From Macrostomum lignano (Eukaryota): a DNA stretch of 64,000 bases. Below, one piece after another: positions 24,374 to 45,781 of this stretch. Made by a program: the position numbers and the translations under genes. The first letter of the stretch is position 1. Each line of letters opens with the position of its first letter. The DNA lies in assembly GCA_002269645.1 (NCBI GenBank), contig NIVC01000023.1, positions 1,116,001-1,180,000 on the forward strand, given 5' to 3'. Below the pieces are notes generated by a model. It saw nothing but the letters and a program-made list of their open reading frames with translations, was not told the origin of the DNA and did no database searches.

Positions 24374-26278
24374 ATGTCAGTTGAAAGCCGGCGAGTCAAG
24401 GAGTGCATCGAGCATATCCGAGCTCTGCTATCGTCGCCAGACTTTGCAGACGGGTGCGCCACCTCTTCGGAGCTGTGCGAGTTGCTAAGCGATGGCGAGA
24501 TTCTTTGCAGCGTGCTGGCAGAGCTGAGCCAAGGACAGGACCTGGCTGAGGTGGCCTACACGTCCTACTACATGCGCAACTCGCAGCTGTTGGCCAGGCG
24601 CAATATTCGCAACTTCCTGCGTCAATGCTGGACCGCATTCGGCACCAGCGAGAAGGAACTGTTCGAAGTGGACGACCTCGTAGAGATGAACGACCCCGAT
24701 CGCGTCGTGTGGGTTTTGCACGGCCTGCTCCAGCGGAGATCGAAAGCTGCTCAATCGCGAGACAGCGGGATCCTGGCCAATGTTGTGCAGGAGATCTGCG
24801 ATCACGAGAGGCAGCTCACTGAGAAGCTGCTCAAAGTGCTACTATTTCGCAAAGAACTCCTGGGCATCCTGTCCGAATGGGACGAGGAGCTGGTCGCTGT
24901 TGTGTTCAGGTACACTGACCAGCTCTACCTGCTGCACAAGCAGCTCCACAGCAAGCTCACCGCTCTAGCTTCGAAGGGTTGCGAGCACTTCTGCCAGAAC
25001 ATTTCCTCCGTATTCGCCGGCATGCTGCCTCGAATTGAAATCTATTTTCAGTATTTTTCGCACCTGCCAACGGCTAATGCTAGATTGAAGGCCGAATTGG
25101 AGCGGTTTCCTGAGAAGAACGACCAGTTGGAGATGCTTGAGAAGCTTATATGTGACCCAAACACCTTTAATTACGTTTACGACGCTCCAATTCGTCAGCT
25201 GCCCAACTACCAGCAGCTTTTCATCCGGTTAGAAAAGACCGCTAAAAAGGAGGCTCCAGAAACTCTGCCATCCGTGTCCAAGGCTCTCTCCGACCTGAAG
25301 TCCCTGCTGACAAGGGCCGACGTCTACCAGAGCGAGGCTCAACAGACTGACGACACCATCGTGGTGCTGTCCGAGGTTACTGGTCTGAAGGCGGAGCTCA
25401 GGCAGCCGTCCGAGATCGGGCTGCTGCAGGCGGACGCGTCGTTTCGTGTTCGCTACCGGGCCTCGGGCAGCCAGGGGGAGCGCAAGGAGATCAGAGAGCT
25501 GTGCAACTGCATTCTCACAACCAAGTATCTCTTTGTAGCGTCCAGAGCTACGAAGAAAGATCCTCTGTGCCATTGGATGTCCGTGCCAATGGATCAGGTG
25601 CAGGGCGTGAAACGCAAGGACGCGACAACTCTGGAGATTGCTCTCGAGGCCGGGGCTCGGTTGAAGCTCGAGAAGCACAAGTCACCGCGGGATGCCGACC
25701 CGGCTGATTGGATCGAGTTGCTCAATAAGGCCAAGGCCGACTGTTTCCCAACTGGCTGGGATAAGAACGGGCACGAGTTCAAGCTCACTACATTCTCGTC
25801 TGGCACGGAATGCCAGGGCTGCGGCGGTATCATGAACGGCACCGTACTGCAGGGCTACCTGTGCAACAACTGCGGCTGCCGTGTTGACCGGGCCTGCTTC
25901 GAGGCCCAAGCCAAAAAGAATTGCCAGCCACGGCGCATCTCTCAGCCGTCGAATTTTTGTTCGGAAGACTTCTTTCATCGAACAGCGAACCGAGATAGAG
26001 CGGCCGAGCTGCTCAAGTACAAAGAGAACGGCGCCTTTCTAATTCGACCGAAAGGCAGCAGTGATGAGGGCAGAGTGCTGTCTCTCAATGTCTCAGGCGA
26101 CGTTGTACATATTGAGATACTCCGAAAGGACGGCCAGTACGGACTGGGCCTCAACCAGAAGCGCTGGTTCCCCACCATGGAAGGACTGATCAACTATTAT
26201 AGAAGTACGAACATGTCTCGTCACTTCAGCAACCTGAACTGCACGCTGACAAGAGGTGTGCCCCCGACAGCTGACTGA
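24374..26278 (+). CDS. Intronless Vav-like protein (CH-DH-PH-C1-SH2), 634 aa, with no SH3 and no acidic region
   Basis: Vav-type CH (LSDGEILC..MRNSQLLARRNIRNFL..C...FG....LFEVDDL), a DH-like helical region, PH, C1 (GHEF..TTF....C..C..IMNGTVLQGYLCNNC) and SH2 (NRDRAAELL....GAFLIRPK). Single open frame. Confidence 0.85.
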   Translation: MSVESRRVKECIEHIRALLSSPDFADGCATSSELCELLSDGEILCSVLAELSQGQDLAEVAYTSYYMRNSQLLARRNIRNFLRQCWTAFGTSEKELFEVDDLVEMNDPDRVVWVLHGLLQRRSKAAQSRDSGILANVVQEICDHERQLTEKLLKVLLFRKELLGILSEWDEELVAVVFRYTDQLYLLHKQLHSKLTALASKGCEHFCQNISSVFAGMLPRIEIYFQYFSHLPTANARLKAELERFPEKNDQLEMLEKLICDPNTFNYVYDAPIRQLPNYQQLFIRLEKTAKKEAPETLPSVSKALSDLKSLLTRADVYQSEAQQTDDTIVVLSEVTGLKAELRQPSEIGLLQADASFRVRYRASGSQGERKEIRELCNCILTTKYLFVASRATKKDPLCHWMSVPMDQVQGVKRKDATTLEIALEAGARLKLEKHKSPRDADPADWIELLNKAKADCFPTGWDKNGHEFKLTTFSSGTECQGCGGIMNGTVLQGYLCNNCGCRVDRACFEAQAKKNCQPRRISQPSNFCSEDFFHRTANRDRAAELLKYKENGAFLIRPKGSSDEGRVLSLNVSGDVVHIEILRKDGQYGLGLNQKRWFPTMEGLINYYRSTNMSRHFSNLNCTLTRGVPPTAD

Positions 26279-26786
26279 ATTGCCGGTCGAGAGGTGACTA
26301 ACTGAAATTTTTCGACTTGTTTAATCCGGTTAAACTATGCCAAATTAAGCCAGTGAACCCATGTATATTCTCTAAGCAACTTACGAATACTCAAGTGCAT
26401 TGAGTGGATTTACACAAGAACAAGAACGATAAAGTTTCCTTCCACTAAGTATTACAATATTTATCCTACAAGGTTGGTTGTCGTAGACCTACACCCTTTT
26501 TTCTGATATTTTTGTCATTTTGTGCGAAGTATCATCGAACACCTTTAGCTAATGGCTTCTCACAATGAAGCCAGTAGAAGTTTCATAATTATTTTTTATT
26601 AGTTAACTGTCTAGAATTTCATTTAATCGCTTGTTCAGAGCTTCCACAGCCAATTATAATCGAACTTTTCATTGGCTCTGAGCTTTTATCTATGGCCAAA
26701 ACCGACAAATTCAACGTTTCGTAGCAGAATCGGAAACGCTTTTATTTTGGAGTTTTCTTTGCCAAATCTTGGACGCGCTGTCCACC

Positions 26787-27893
26787 CGCCAAGGAGATAG
26801 ACGTAGGGGGACCTATCAAGAGACAGCTGGGGCGCCCACCAAGGAGATAGACGTAGGGGGACCTATCAAGAGACAGCTGGGGCGCCCACCAAGGAGATAG
26901 ACGTAGGGGGACCTATCAAGAGACAGCTGGGGCGCCCACCAAGGAGATAGACGTAGGGGGACCTATCAAGAGACAGCTGGGGCGCCCACCAAGGAGATAG
27001 ACGTAGGGGGACCTATCAAGAGACAGCTGGGGCGCCCACCAAGGAGATAGACGTAGGGGGACCTATCAAGAGACAGCTGGGGCGCCCACCAAGGAGATAG
27101 ACGTAGGGGGACCTATCAAGAGACAGCTGGGGCGCCCACCAAGGAGATAGACGTAGGGGGACCTATCAAGAGACAGCTGGGGCGCCCACCAAGAGACAGG
27201 GGCCACCCACCAAGAGACAGGGGCCACCCACCAAGAGACAGGGGCCACCCACCCCCACCAAGAGACAGGGGCCACCCACCAAGAGACAGGGGCCACCCAC
27301 CCCCACCAAGAGACAGGGGCCACCCTCCAAGAGACAGGGGCCACCCACCAAGAGACAGGGGCCACCCACCAAGAGACAGGGGCCACCCACCAAGAGACAG
27401 GGGCCACCCACCAAGAGACAGGGGCCACCCACCAAGAGACAGGGGCCACCCACCCCCACCAAGAGACAGGGGCCACCCACCAAGAGACACGGGCCGCCCA
27501 CCAAGAGACACGGGCCGCCCACCAAGAGACAGGGGCCGCCCACCAAGAGACACGGGCCGCCCACCAAGAGACACGGGCCGCCCAACAAGAGACACGGGCC
27601 GCCCACCAAGAGACAGGGGCCACCCACCCCCACCAAGAGACAGGGGCCACCCACCAAGAGACAGGGGCCACCCACCCCCACCAAGAGACAGGGGCCACCC
27701 ACCAAGAGACAGGGGCCACCCACCAAGAGACAGGGGCCACCCACCAAGAGACAGGGGCCACCCACCAAGAGACAGGGGCCACCCACCAAGAGACAGGGGC
27801 CACCCACCAAGAGACACGGGCCGCCCACCAAGAGACACGGGCCGCCCACCAAGAGACACGGGCCGCCCACCAAGAGACAGGGGCCGCCCACCA
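26787..27893. repeat. Compound array: 50-bp unit (~26787-27190) followed by a 21-bp unit (CCACCAAGAGACAGGGGCCAC, ~27190-27893)
   Basis: Direct reading; period of 50 seen between 26821 and 26871. Confidence 0.95.
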
Positions 27894-28483
27894 AATCACC
27901 AAATATTGGCGCCCCGTAGGGTTGCGGTCCCAGAAAAACTGCTGCTTACGTCATTGGGCGTTGCCATTTACAATTCCAAGGCTTTGTGCTTATAAAACTA
28001 GCAACAAGTCGCATTTGTTGCTCACTAGAAACACCTTTTCGTGCTTCATCCATGGGTCTGATGCATCTGCTAACTTTTCGCCCAACAGTCAATATTGTGA
28101 GGGGGCGGGGGCTTTGATTCCTTACAAAAACAGCCAAAAGTGTTGAATCAGGATTAGCGTAGAAGAAAGCTTAAATCGATTCGCCTGTTCCAAAAAGTCT
28201 CGGAGGGGATTTCCCGGACATGGCTTCCGGAGTTGAGAAGCAAGTTGAAGCAAACAAGCAATGACAGACTGAGAAACTAATCGCATTGAGGCATTGTCTG
28301 TCTGACTTCCCTTTGTGATAGCATCGATTTTAGTACCTACGAAAGGAAGAAAGATTTCCTTTCACTTTCCTGTGACTGTCACTAATAGCTATATCTACAT
28401 GTGTTAGCTGGAACTTTTCCAGTGAGTTTCTTCACTCGAACTAGCTGAAGTTAAAATCTTAACAGACAACACTGTCGGTTGTC

Positions 28484-29302
28484 ATGCGGCTGCTCTGCCA
28501 GTCTACTGCCATCGTTGCGTTGTCAGCTGTTCTTCTACAGGGGGCTATCGCAAATTTACTCGATACACTGAGAACAGTACAAGCTGTATCGGATGCGCTT
28601 GGAGCAAGCTGCCCACCTGGCTTTTCAAGAATCCGAAGCCACTGCGTACTGATCAACCTGACAGCCAAGGTGAGCTGGTGCGAAGCCAACCATCGATGCG
28701 CCGCTCTGGGAGCCGAACTCATCACGAGCTGGTCGCTGGTCGGCAATCTGAGCTCTCTGGTAGCTGAGCCGGGCGCCCAGTTCTGGATAGGAGTCAGCGA
28801 CCTGGCTGAGGAGAGAGTCAACTCAAAGCTGGGCTGGCAGCTGGTCAACGGACGAGGCCAAATGCCTAAGAGCGACTCAATCTGGTACTCTTTTGATCCG
28901 AACAACTTCAACGGCCAGCAGGACTGTTTGATGCTCTCAAACGGCACCCGCGGTGTGGGGCTGATGGACAAACAGTGCGAAGAGCTCAGCGGATTTGTCT
29001 GCGAACTGCAGCCGCCAGCAGCCGATGACGGCGGCTGCCCGACGAAATCGCGTTGGCGATGGGCAGCCCGGCGTGAAGTGCCAACGACTGGCTTCAACAA
29101 GCCCGAGCGCTACTGCTTCTGGGAGGCGGATCGGCCCGTGCCAAGCCTGGATGACTGCACCCTGCTGGCCGCTCTGAGGCCGTTCAGTCGCAGCCTCCTG
29201 TACCACGGCGGGCTCATGCGGTGCCGGGTGACGGAGTTCAGCGACTCGGAGACAGAGCTGGAGTTTGAGAAGCCCGACTGGATGAAGTTGGTGCGAATCT
29301 GA
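28484..29302 (+). CDS. Secreted C-type lectin domain protein with a Cys-containing C-terminal domain, 272 aa, intronless; paralog of 20846-21571
   Basis: Signal peptide; CPPGFSRIRSHC, SWCEANHRCAALGAEL, FWIGVSD, DPNNFNGQQDCL, D..C....GFVCE. The C-terminal KPDWMKLV mirrors NPDWRKFV in the other lectin. Confidence 0.88.
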   Translation: MRLLCQSTAIVALSAVLLQGAIANLLDTLRTVQAVSDALGASCPPGFSRIRSHCVLINLTAKVSWCEANHRCAALGAELITSWSLVGNLSSLVAEPGAQFWIGVSDLAEERVNSKLGWQLVNGRGQMPKSDSIWYSFDPNNFNGQQDCLMLSNGTRGVGLMDKQCEELSGFVCELQPPAADDGGCPTKSRWRWAARREVPTTGFNKPERYCFWEADRPVPSLDDCTLLAALRPFSRSLLYHGGLMRCRVTEFSDSETELEFEKPDWMKLVRI

Positions 29303-29428
29303 CTGACTGGATGACTCAAAATCGTATAAATGATAATCTTCCCACAGCCGAGAGGCAATTCTGCCCAATCCACAGACTCCTGAGCACATGAGTACAAGCG
29401 CGCCAATGCTGTACACACGCTCATGCAG

Positions 29429-29479
29429 GGTGTACAGCGGCCCTGACTTTCTAATCGGTCAGGCATGTACACTGTGCCT
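29429..29479 (-). mobile_element. SINE family A core fragment (hairpin)
   Basis: Reverse complement reads GTGTACATGCCTGACCGATTAGAAAGTCAGGGCCGCTGTACAC, homologous to the core of the other copies. Confidence 0.65.
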
Positions 29480-31334
29480 CGCAATCGCAGGACAACCCAC
29501 CTGGTCAATTTTTATGCACACAAGCCCCAAACATGACCCGTGACCCGAGCGTCAATCACCTTTACCCTTCAGCTCTGGACCAAACAACGCAAATTTTCGT
29601 TTCAACTAAATAAACTCGAATTTTTATCAAGTAGAAATCTCTTAATGAGTCTTAATGAAGCATAGCAAAGCTGTTAACCTTCCTAAAAATGTTGCTATTT
29701 ATAGAAACCTTAACAATTCTAGTTTTTCAAACGAACTGCCTACTTTACTGAGTAGCTTTTTACCAATACAATCTAAATTTAAAGCAGGTTGCAAGTGCAG
29801 TTAGTAAGCTACTAAAAGTAGCATAGATGCGGGGTCTGTTCTATTTCTATTCCTTCAATTTAAATTTCAATATGATGCTTAAATTAAAGAACTTTTGTAA
29901 GGTAAAAAATTTGACCCTTAAACCAATTTATTGTTTAGCGTGTATAGCCTTTTAATAATAAACTATACTACTTATTTTTGTTACTTAACAGTAGCATATT
30001 GTGGAAATTATTTTTTCCAATAATTACTATAACCTACCGGTTAGTCGCCACAGGTGGTAGCAATTTTATGCTACTTTCTTGGTGATGCCATCTTTTTAGC
30101 TATACAGTAGTTAATAATAAAGTACTTTTCACCTACTGATGTTTATTTACAGTGGCAGACGGATATACCGATATTACCTACATCGAGCTACTACCAATAC
30201 TGCATATATAATACACAATCTTGATGCTATGCCTTGTAGTTTCTACGGGTTTAAATCCTGTAGCCGAAGCCAGAGAGCAAAAAGAATTTATTCCAAATCT
30301 GAAGCCACTTGTATGCATCCTACTGCACACTTTGGCGTGGCTTGCTACAAGACGCCACAAGTTAGATAGCGGAATGAAGGACTGAGAGAGGCTGATTCAG
30401 GTACATGCGGCTAACTATAACTAAGACAAAACAATACACTGATTGATGCATAACAAATAATCATGTTCCATTACAATATAGTTTGATAAATGGCAATTCA
30501 GATAGATACTTGTAGTATAATAGTATATTCGGAACTCGCAATGCACTATTAGGGAAGCCGGGAGTTAATATTTTAAATAAAATTGAAAAAAATGAATTTT
30601 TAGCATCGAAAACCGCAACCAACAGCAACACTTTATCACGATTTCGAGTACAGCGCTGTCCATGACTACTACTGGTACAATAATTGATTTCGCATTTGAT
30701 ACAATAATAACAAATTTATTGAAATGTGAAAAGACACGGTAAATTGTGCATTTACTTGTACAGATATAATTTGTTTAAAATTGCAGTAATTCTTTTCAAA
30801 AATTGTGACATCGATAAAAATCTATTAGATAAATGTACTTTTAAGCAGAAATCAGTGAATGGGCTGTTGGCCATAGACATAGGCAGTATCAAGTTGCTTG
30901 CCTTTTCCCGTCTATGTCTATGTCTATGGGCAAGACCGAATCTACTGCTGCCAAATGGCATTTCTCAAAGTTGGTTGGATTTACTATAAACTTGACTGAC
31001 AATAGCAACGTAGCTGATCGACCAGGGCGTTCCAGACCGGACACCGAATGTCTTTGACAATTGACAACAAAAGCAATTCAATGGAATATACTAGGGATAT
31101 ATGATTAGGTATAAGCTAGTACAAAAGTAGAAAAGTGATAACGACAGTGTCTCCTAGACATCAACTAGAATTCTGTTAATGCAATATTTAGTTCAGTTAA
31201 AAAGTCTCTGACCAATAAGAAAAACTGCGAGGTACAACGCACATACTGGTACAAAACAATTGACGACACCATTAGAGAGCTGCAGCATTGAGTTTCAGCA
31301 TTGTAAATGTACTTTGTTTTACTAAAGACAGTTT

Positions 31335-31505
31335 CCATTTTCGGCCTAAAGCCCCTGGTGCTAAAGCCCCTGATGCTAAAGCCCCTGATGCTAAAGCCAC
31401 CGGTGCTAATGCCCCTGGTGCTAAAGCCCCTGGTGCTAAAGCCCCTGGTGCTTAAGCCCATGGTGCTAAAGCCACCGGTGCTAAAGCCCATGGTGCTAAA
31501 GCCCC
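31335..31505. repeat. 15-bp minisatellite (CTAAAGCCCCTGGTG)
   Basis: Direct reading; just downstream of the TMEM26-like stop codon. Confidence 0.9.
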
Positions 31506-31573
31506 TCAATTCTAAAGCCATGAAAAAGCCTTCTACCAGCCCCTGGATCAGTGCACAACGCCGGCCGGAGAAG

Positions 31574-42243
<10,670 letters not shown>

Positions 42244-43104
42244 GACTACTATAAAGCCTAAACAGTAATGCTATATTACTGTTGTATCAGATTCAATAGA
42301 AAGTTTTTAGGCTTTAAATAGATAAACAAAGATAAACTAAAAACTCATAAAATCTTTTCCGCTCTAAGCAAGGAGTATATAAAATGAAGGGATCTGAATT
42401 GAAGGACTATATAGGAAGCTAAAGCTGGGGTTTTATTGGTTCCTGGTCAAGGGTCCAATCAGGTCATCAAAGTTCAGTGCAGCTTCCTCGATGGCTACTA
42501 TAGTAGATAGGTCTTTTAACCCAGGGGGTCATTTTGGATCTATGGGAATGCTTTCTCTTTCAGTATTGTGTCATAAAAATGAGGTTAAACTGTGCGCTGC
42601 ATATAGTATGTCACTACATGCGCACGCATAGAAAGAATAGATCTTGAACTATGTTCTTCTATCGCACGTACAGGTATGCCTATAACTGGATTATTTAAAC
42701 AAAAATCTAAATATGCTCAGAAGCTAAAGATATATATAGACACCATAAGAATTCAGATGTTAGAATTAGCTAGCAAATGTACATGCCAGAAGCAGCATTT
42801 ATTTGTTTATTTGAGATTCATTATTCGTAAGTTGTCCTTCCGGCGGACATACGAGCTATAATTGGAGGTTTCGCTTTGTTTACTCTGTGACGATGTCACT
42901 TTCTTTATTTCACCTTTCTATAATATTAAGAGTATAGTAGATTATTATCATTGTGAATTGATTGAAATAAACTCTCAGCACGATCGATCTAAATTCGACA
43001 CAATTTCTGGAGGTCCCACCGATCAAACCGACTTAGGTCGACTCTGCAATTCCGAGTCCCAGATCACTGTGAGAGGAAGCAGTAGTGATCCACTGCTGCA
43101 CTTG

Positions 43105-43370
43105 TCCTGAGTACGTAGAGTACGTGTCCTGAGTACGTGTCCTGAGTACGTGTCCTGATTACGTGTCCTGAGTACGTGTCCTGAGTACGTGTCCTGAGTA
43201 CGTGTCCTGAGTGCGTGTCCTGAGTACGTGTCCTGAGTACGTGTCCTGAGTGCGTGTCCTGAGTACGTGTCCTGAGTACGTGTCCTGAGTACGTGTCCTG
43301 AGTACGTGTCCTGAGTACGTGTCCTGAGTACGTGTCCTGAGTACGTATCCGTGTACGTGTCCCGTGTACG
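43105..43370. repeat. 13-bp minisatellite (GAGTACGTGTCCT)
   Basis: Direct reading. Confidence 0.93.
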
Positions 43371-45781
43371 TGTTTATAGCAGCGAATACCAAACATCCCA
43401 TTCTGTTGCGATGCCGGCCCTCGAAAGCCAAACGTCATAGGCGTTTTTCAGCATTCTTTTTTTTTCTTATGTGCCTGTTTTCTTCTGCGCCTCTACATGT
43501 CTGGGCGGTTTCTGCGTCCCATCGGGGGCGCGCCCGTGCGGTCGTCCACCGGGATGGGCCGGTGAGCCGTCCGTCGGCTGGCTGCATGCACTCTGCAGCG
43601 CGGACACATTTTGCATCGGTTTCGCCTCCTCAATTGCGTCGCACCGGTGGTGTCTCCCGTGTGCTTAATTCTCCTGTTATTTTCATTAGCCCATCTGCGT
43701 ATTACTTATTATTCTCACTCTACTGTGATTTGTGAATTGATTTAAATATATAAACTCTCAGCACGCGTGCATCGACATCGTTCATTATAAATAATCGATC
43801 TAAATTCGTCACAACTCATTATATAGTTACAACTCGTAGTATCCGCATTTGTGTACTTCTTTTTTGTGAACCTATCAAAAGAATAAATAATTTAGGCTTT
43901 GTTCTACTTCTACTATTAGTAATGCGTAAATTATACCAACTTTGTTATTTATTCTAAATTTTATTTGGTATAAACTGGGATAAAAGTTGACCTCGCATAA
44001 TATATATCATATATATAGGTAGACTATCGAGAAAAGAAAGACAAGAAGACAATAAGACTGAGACAAATGGACTAAATTTCTCTGTGTTAGATTTGCTGTC
44101 CTCAGCTTCCGTAAATCAATAATGAGCGAATGCCGGAACGAAAATAATCAATTGCTAGCACATTTAAACAAAGAAAGCAAAAAATAAAATATTAACAACT
44201 AGGGGGTTCTTTTATTTAAAGCTAGTTATAATTTAACGGATTATAATCCAACAGTAAAAAATATGCTGCAAAGAAGCATTCAAACAATAGTTTTCATCGC
44301 AAAAGTTTGACTTCGTATCTACGACCTCGTTTAAACTTTTCAACCACGCTATCAGAAAAGAAACTACGAGCTATAAGTAATTGTCAGTTTGTTTTATACG
44401 TTTCTGTCTTCAAAAAAGGGTTCAATGGACACTAAATGTTTTGACATTTTCTTTTAACAGAATTCAAAAGAAGCCGAATTATATGTCCTCAGTATTTAGC
44501 TGGCTATACATACATATTGAATCGCATGTTTTAATGCAAGCGCAATGAATGCTTTTTACGTACACAGTTAATTATAAACTGGTTGTCTGTTTCTCAAAAA
44601 AGCTTTGTCTTAATATTTTTCTTTCTTGAAACCATTTATTTATACTTGTTCTATAAACCCCAGAGCATATTAGAACTTTTCAAAAATAATGCACATCTAG
44701 TAAAGCAAGGCGGATTTAAACATTTTTATTGACAATCTACAGTTTAAGTTTAAAATGAAATTAAGTTGTGTAGATCATCATTTATTTTTGGTAAAAAACT
44801 CTAAATAGAGTTTTTAATTCTCTTTTCTAGTGTCGTCAATAGTATATCTTTATTTAACTAAGAAGCTTGAAAATCTAAAAAAGTGTTATTTAATTTTATT
44901 ATAAAATATAGACCTATAATACCCAGCTGGCCACCTGGCCTATGGAAGATAAACGAAAAAAATTTAAACGAAACTTAATATAAAGGCCATGAAGTAGAAA
45001 ATGAGTAATCACTAGTAAAAAACGTTTTTACTAACCTAAAATTGCGTTTCTCATTTGTGATGCTACAAATGTTGAGGTCATGGAAAGTTGAATTCTTAAG
45101 CTACATGAATGCCTATGTAATTTGTATTTTTTGTACTTTCAGTCTATAAAGCATGAGTGTGATTGTTTCGAAGAACAAGTTGTAGCTTAAGACGAATAAC
45201 AAGAACAAGTTGTAGCTACTTAATTTATAATGTGTCCAGATATATCTAGCTTTTATATATAGTCCAAGCCTAAAAGATATAGTCCTCACGGACAGCTAAA
45301 ATCCGATGATGCATCATTCGTACATCGTGCAGATTTTCACAGGTTTTCAACTTTAATAAACACTAAATTGAAAAAAATATTCCACTTAGAAGTACTGAGC
45401 TTTAAAGTTTGAGGACAGATCGTTGGGAACCTGGTCAAAAATATATCTGTTGCTCTCTAAAACGGATTTTGCAAAAATTCGCTTTGTTACTTCACGTTAG
45501 CTACGAGCGTAGGGTTTTAACCATAGACAAACTCAAATTCATTAAAAATCTAGACAGTCTGGAGGGCCGAAGGCATTTTTAGCAGCGCGAAAACTGGCCT
45601 CCAGCGAAATTCACACGATATGCTAATGCAAATTCCTTCTGCGCCCAATTCCGGAATAATCAGTGAGAGTATTTTATAGAGTTTTCCCACGGTAAATTTT
45701 TGCGACTAACTTGAATTGCTCGTTAACAAAAATGTTTGGAAAATCTAAGCTTTGCTCAATGGATGTCTGAAAATTTCAGTC

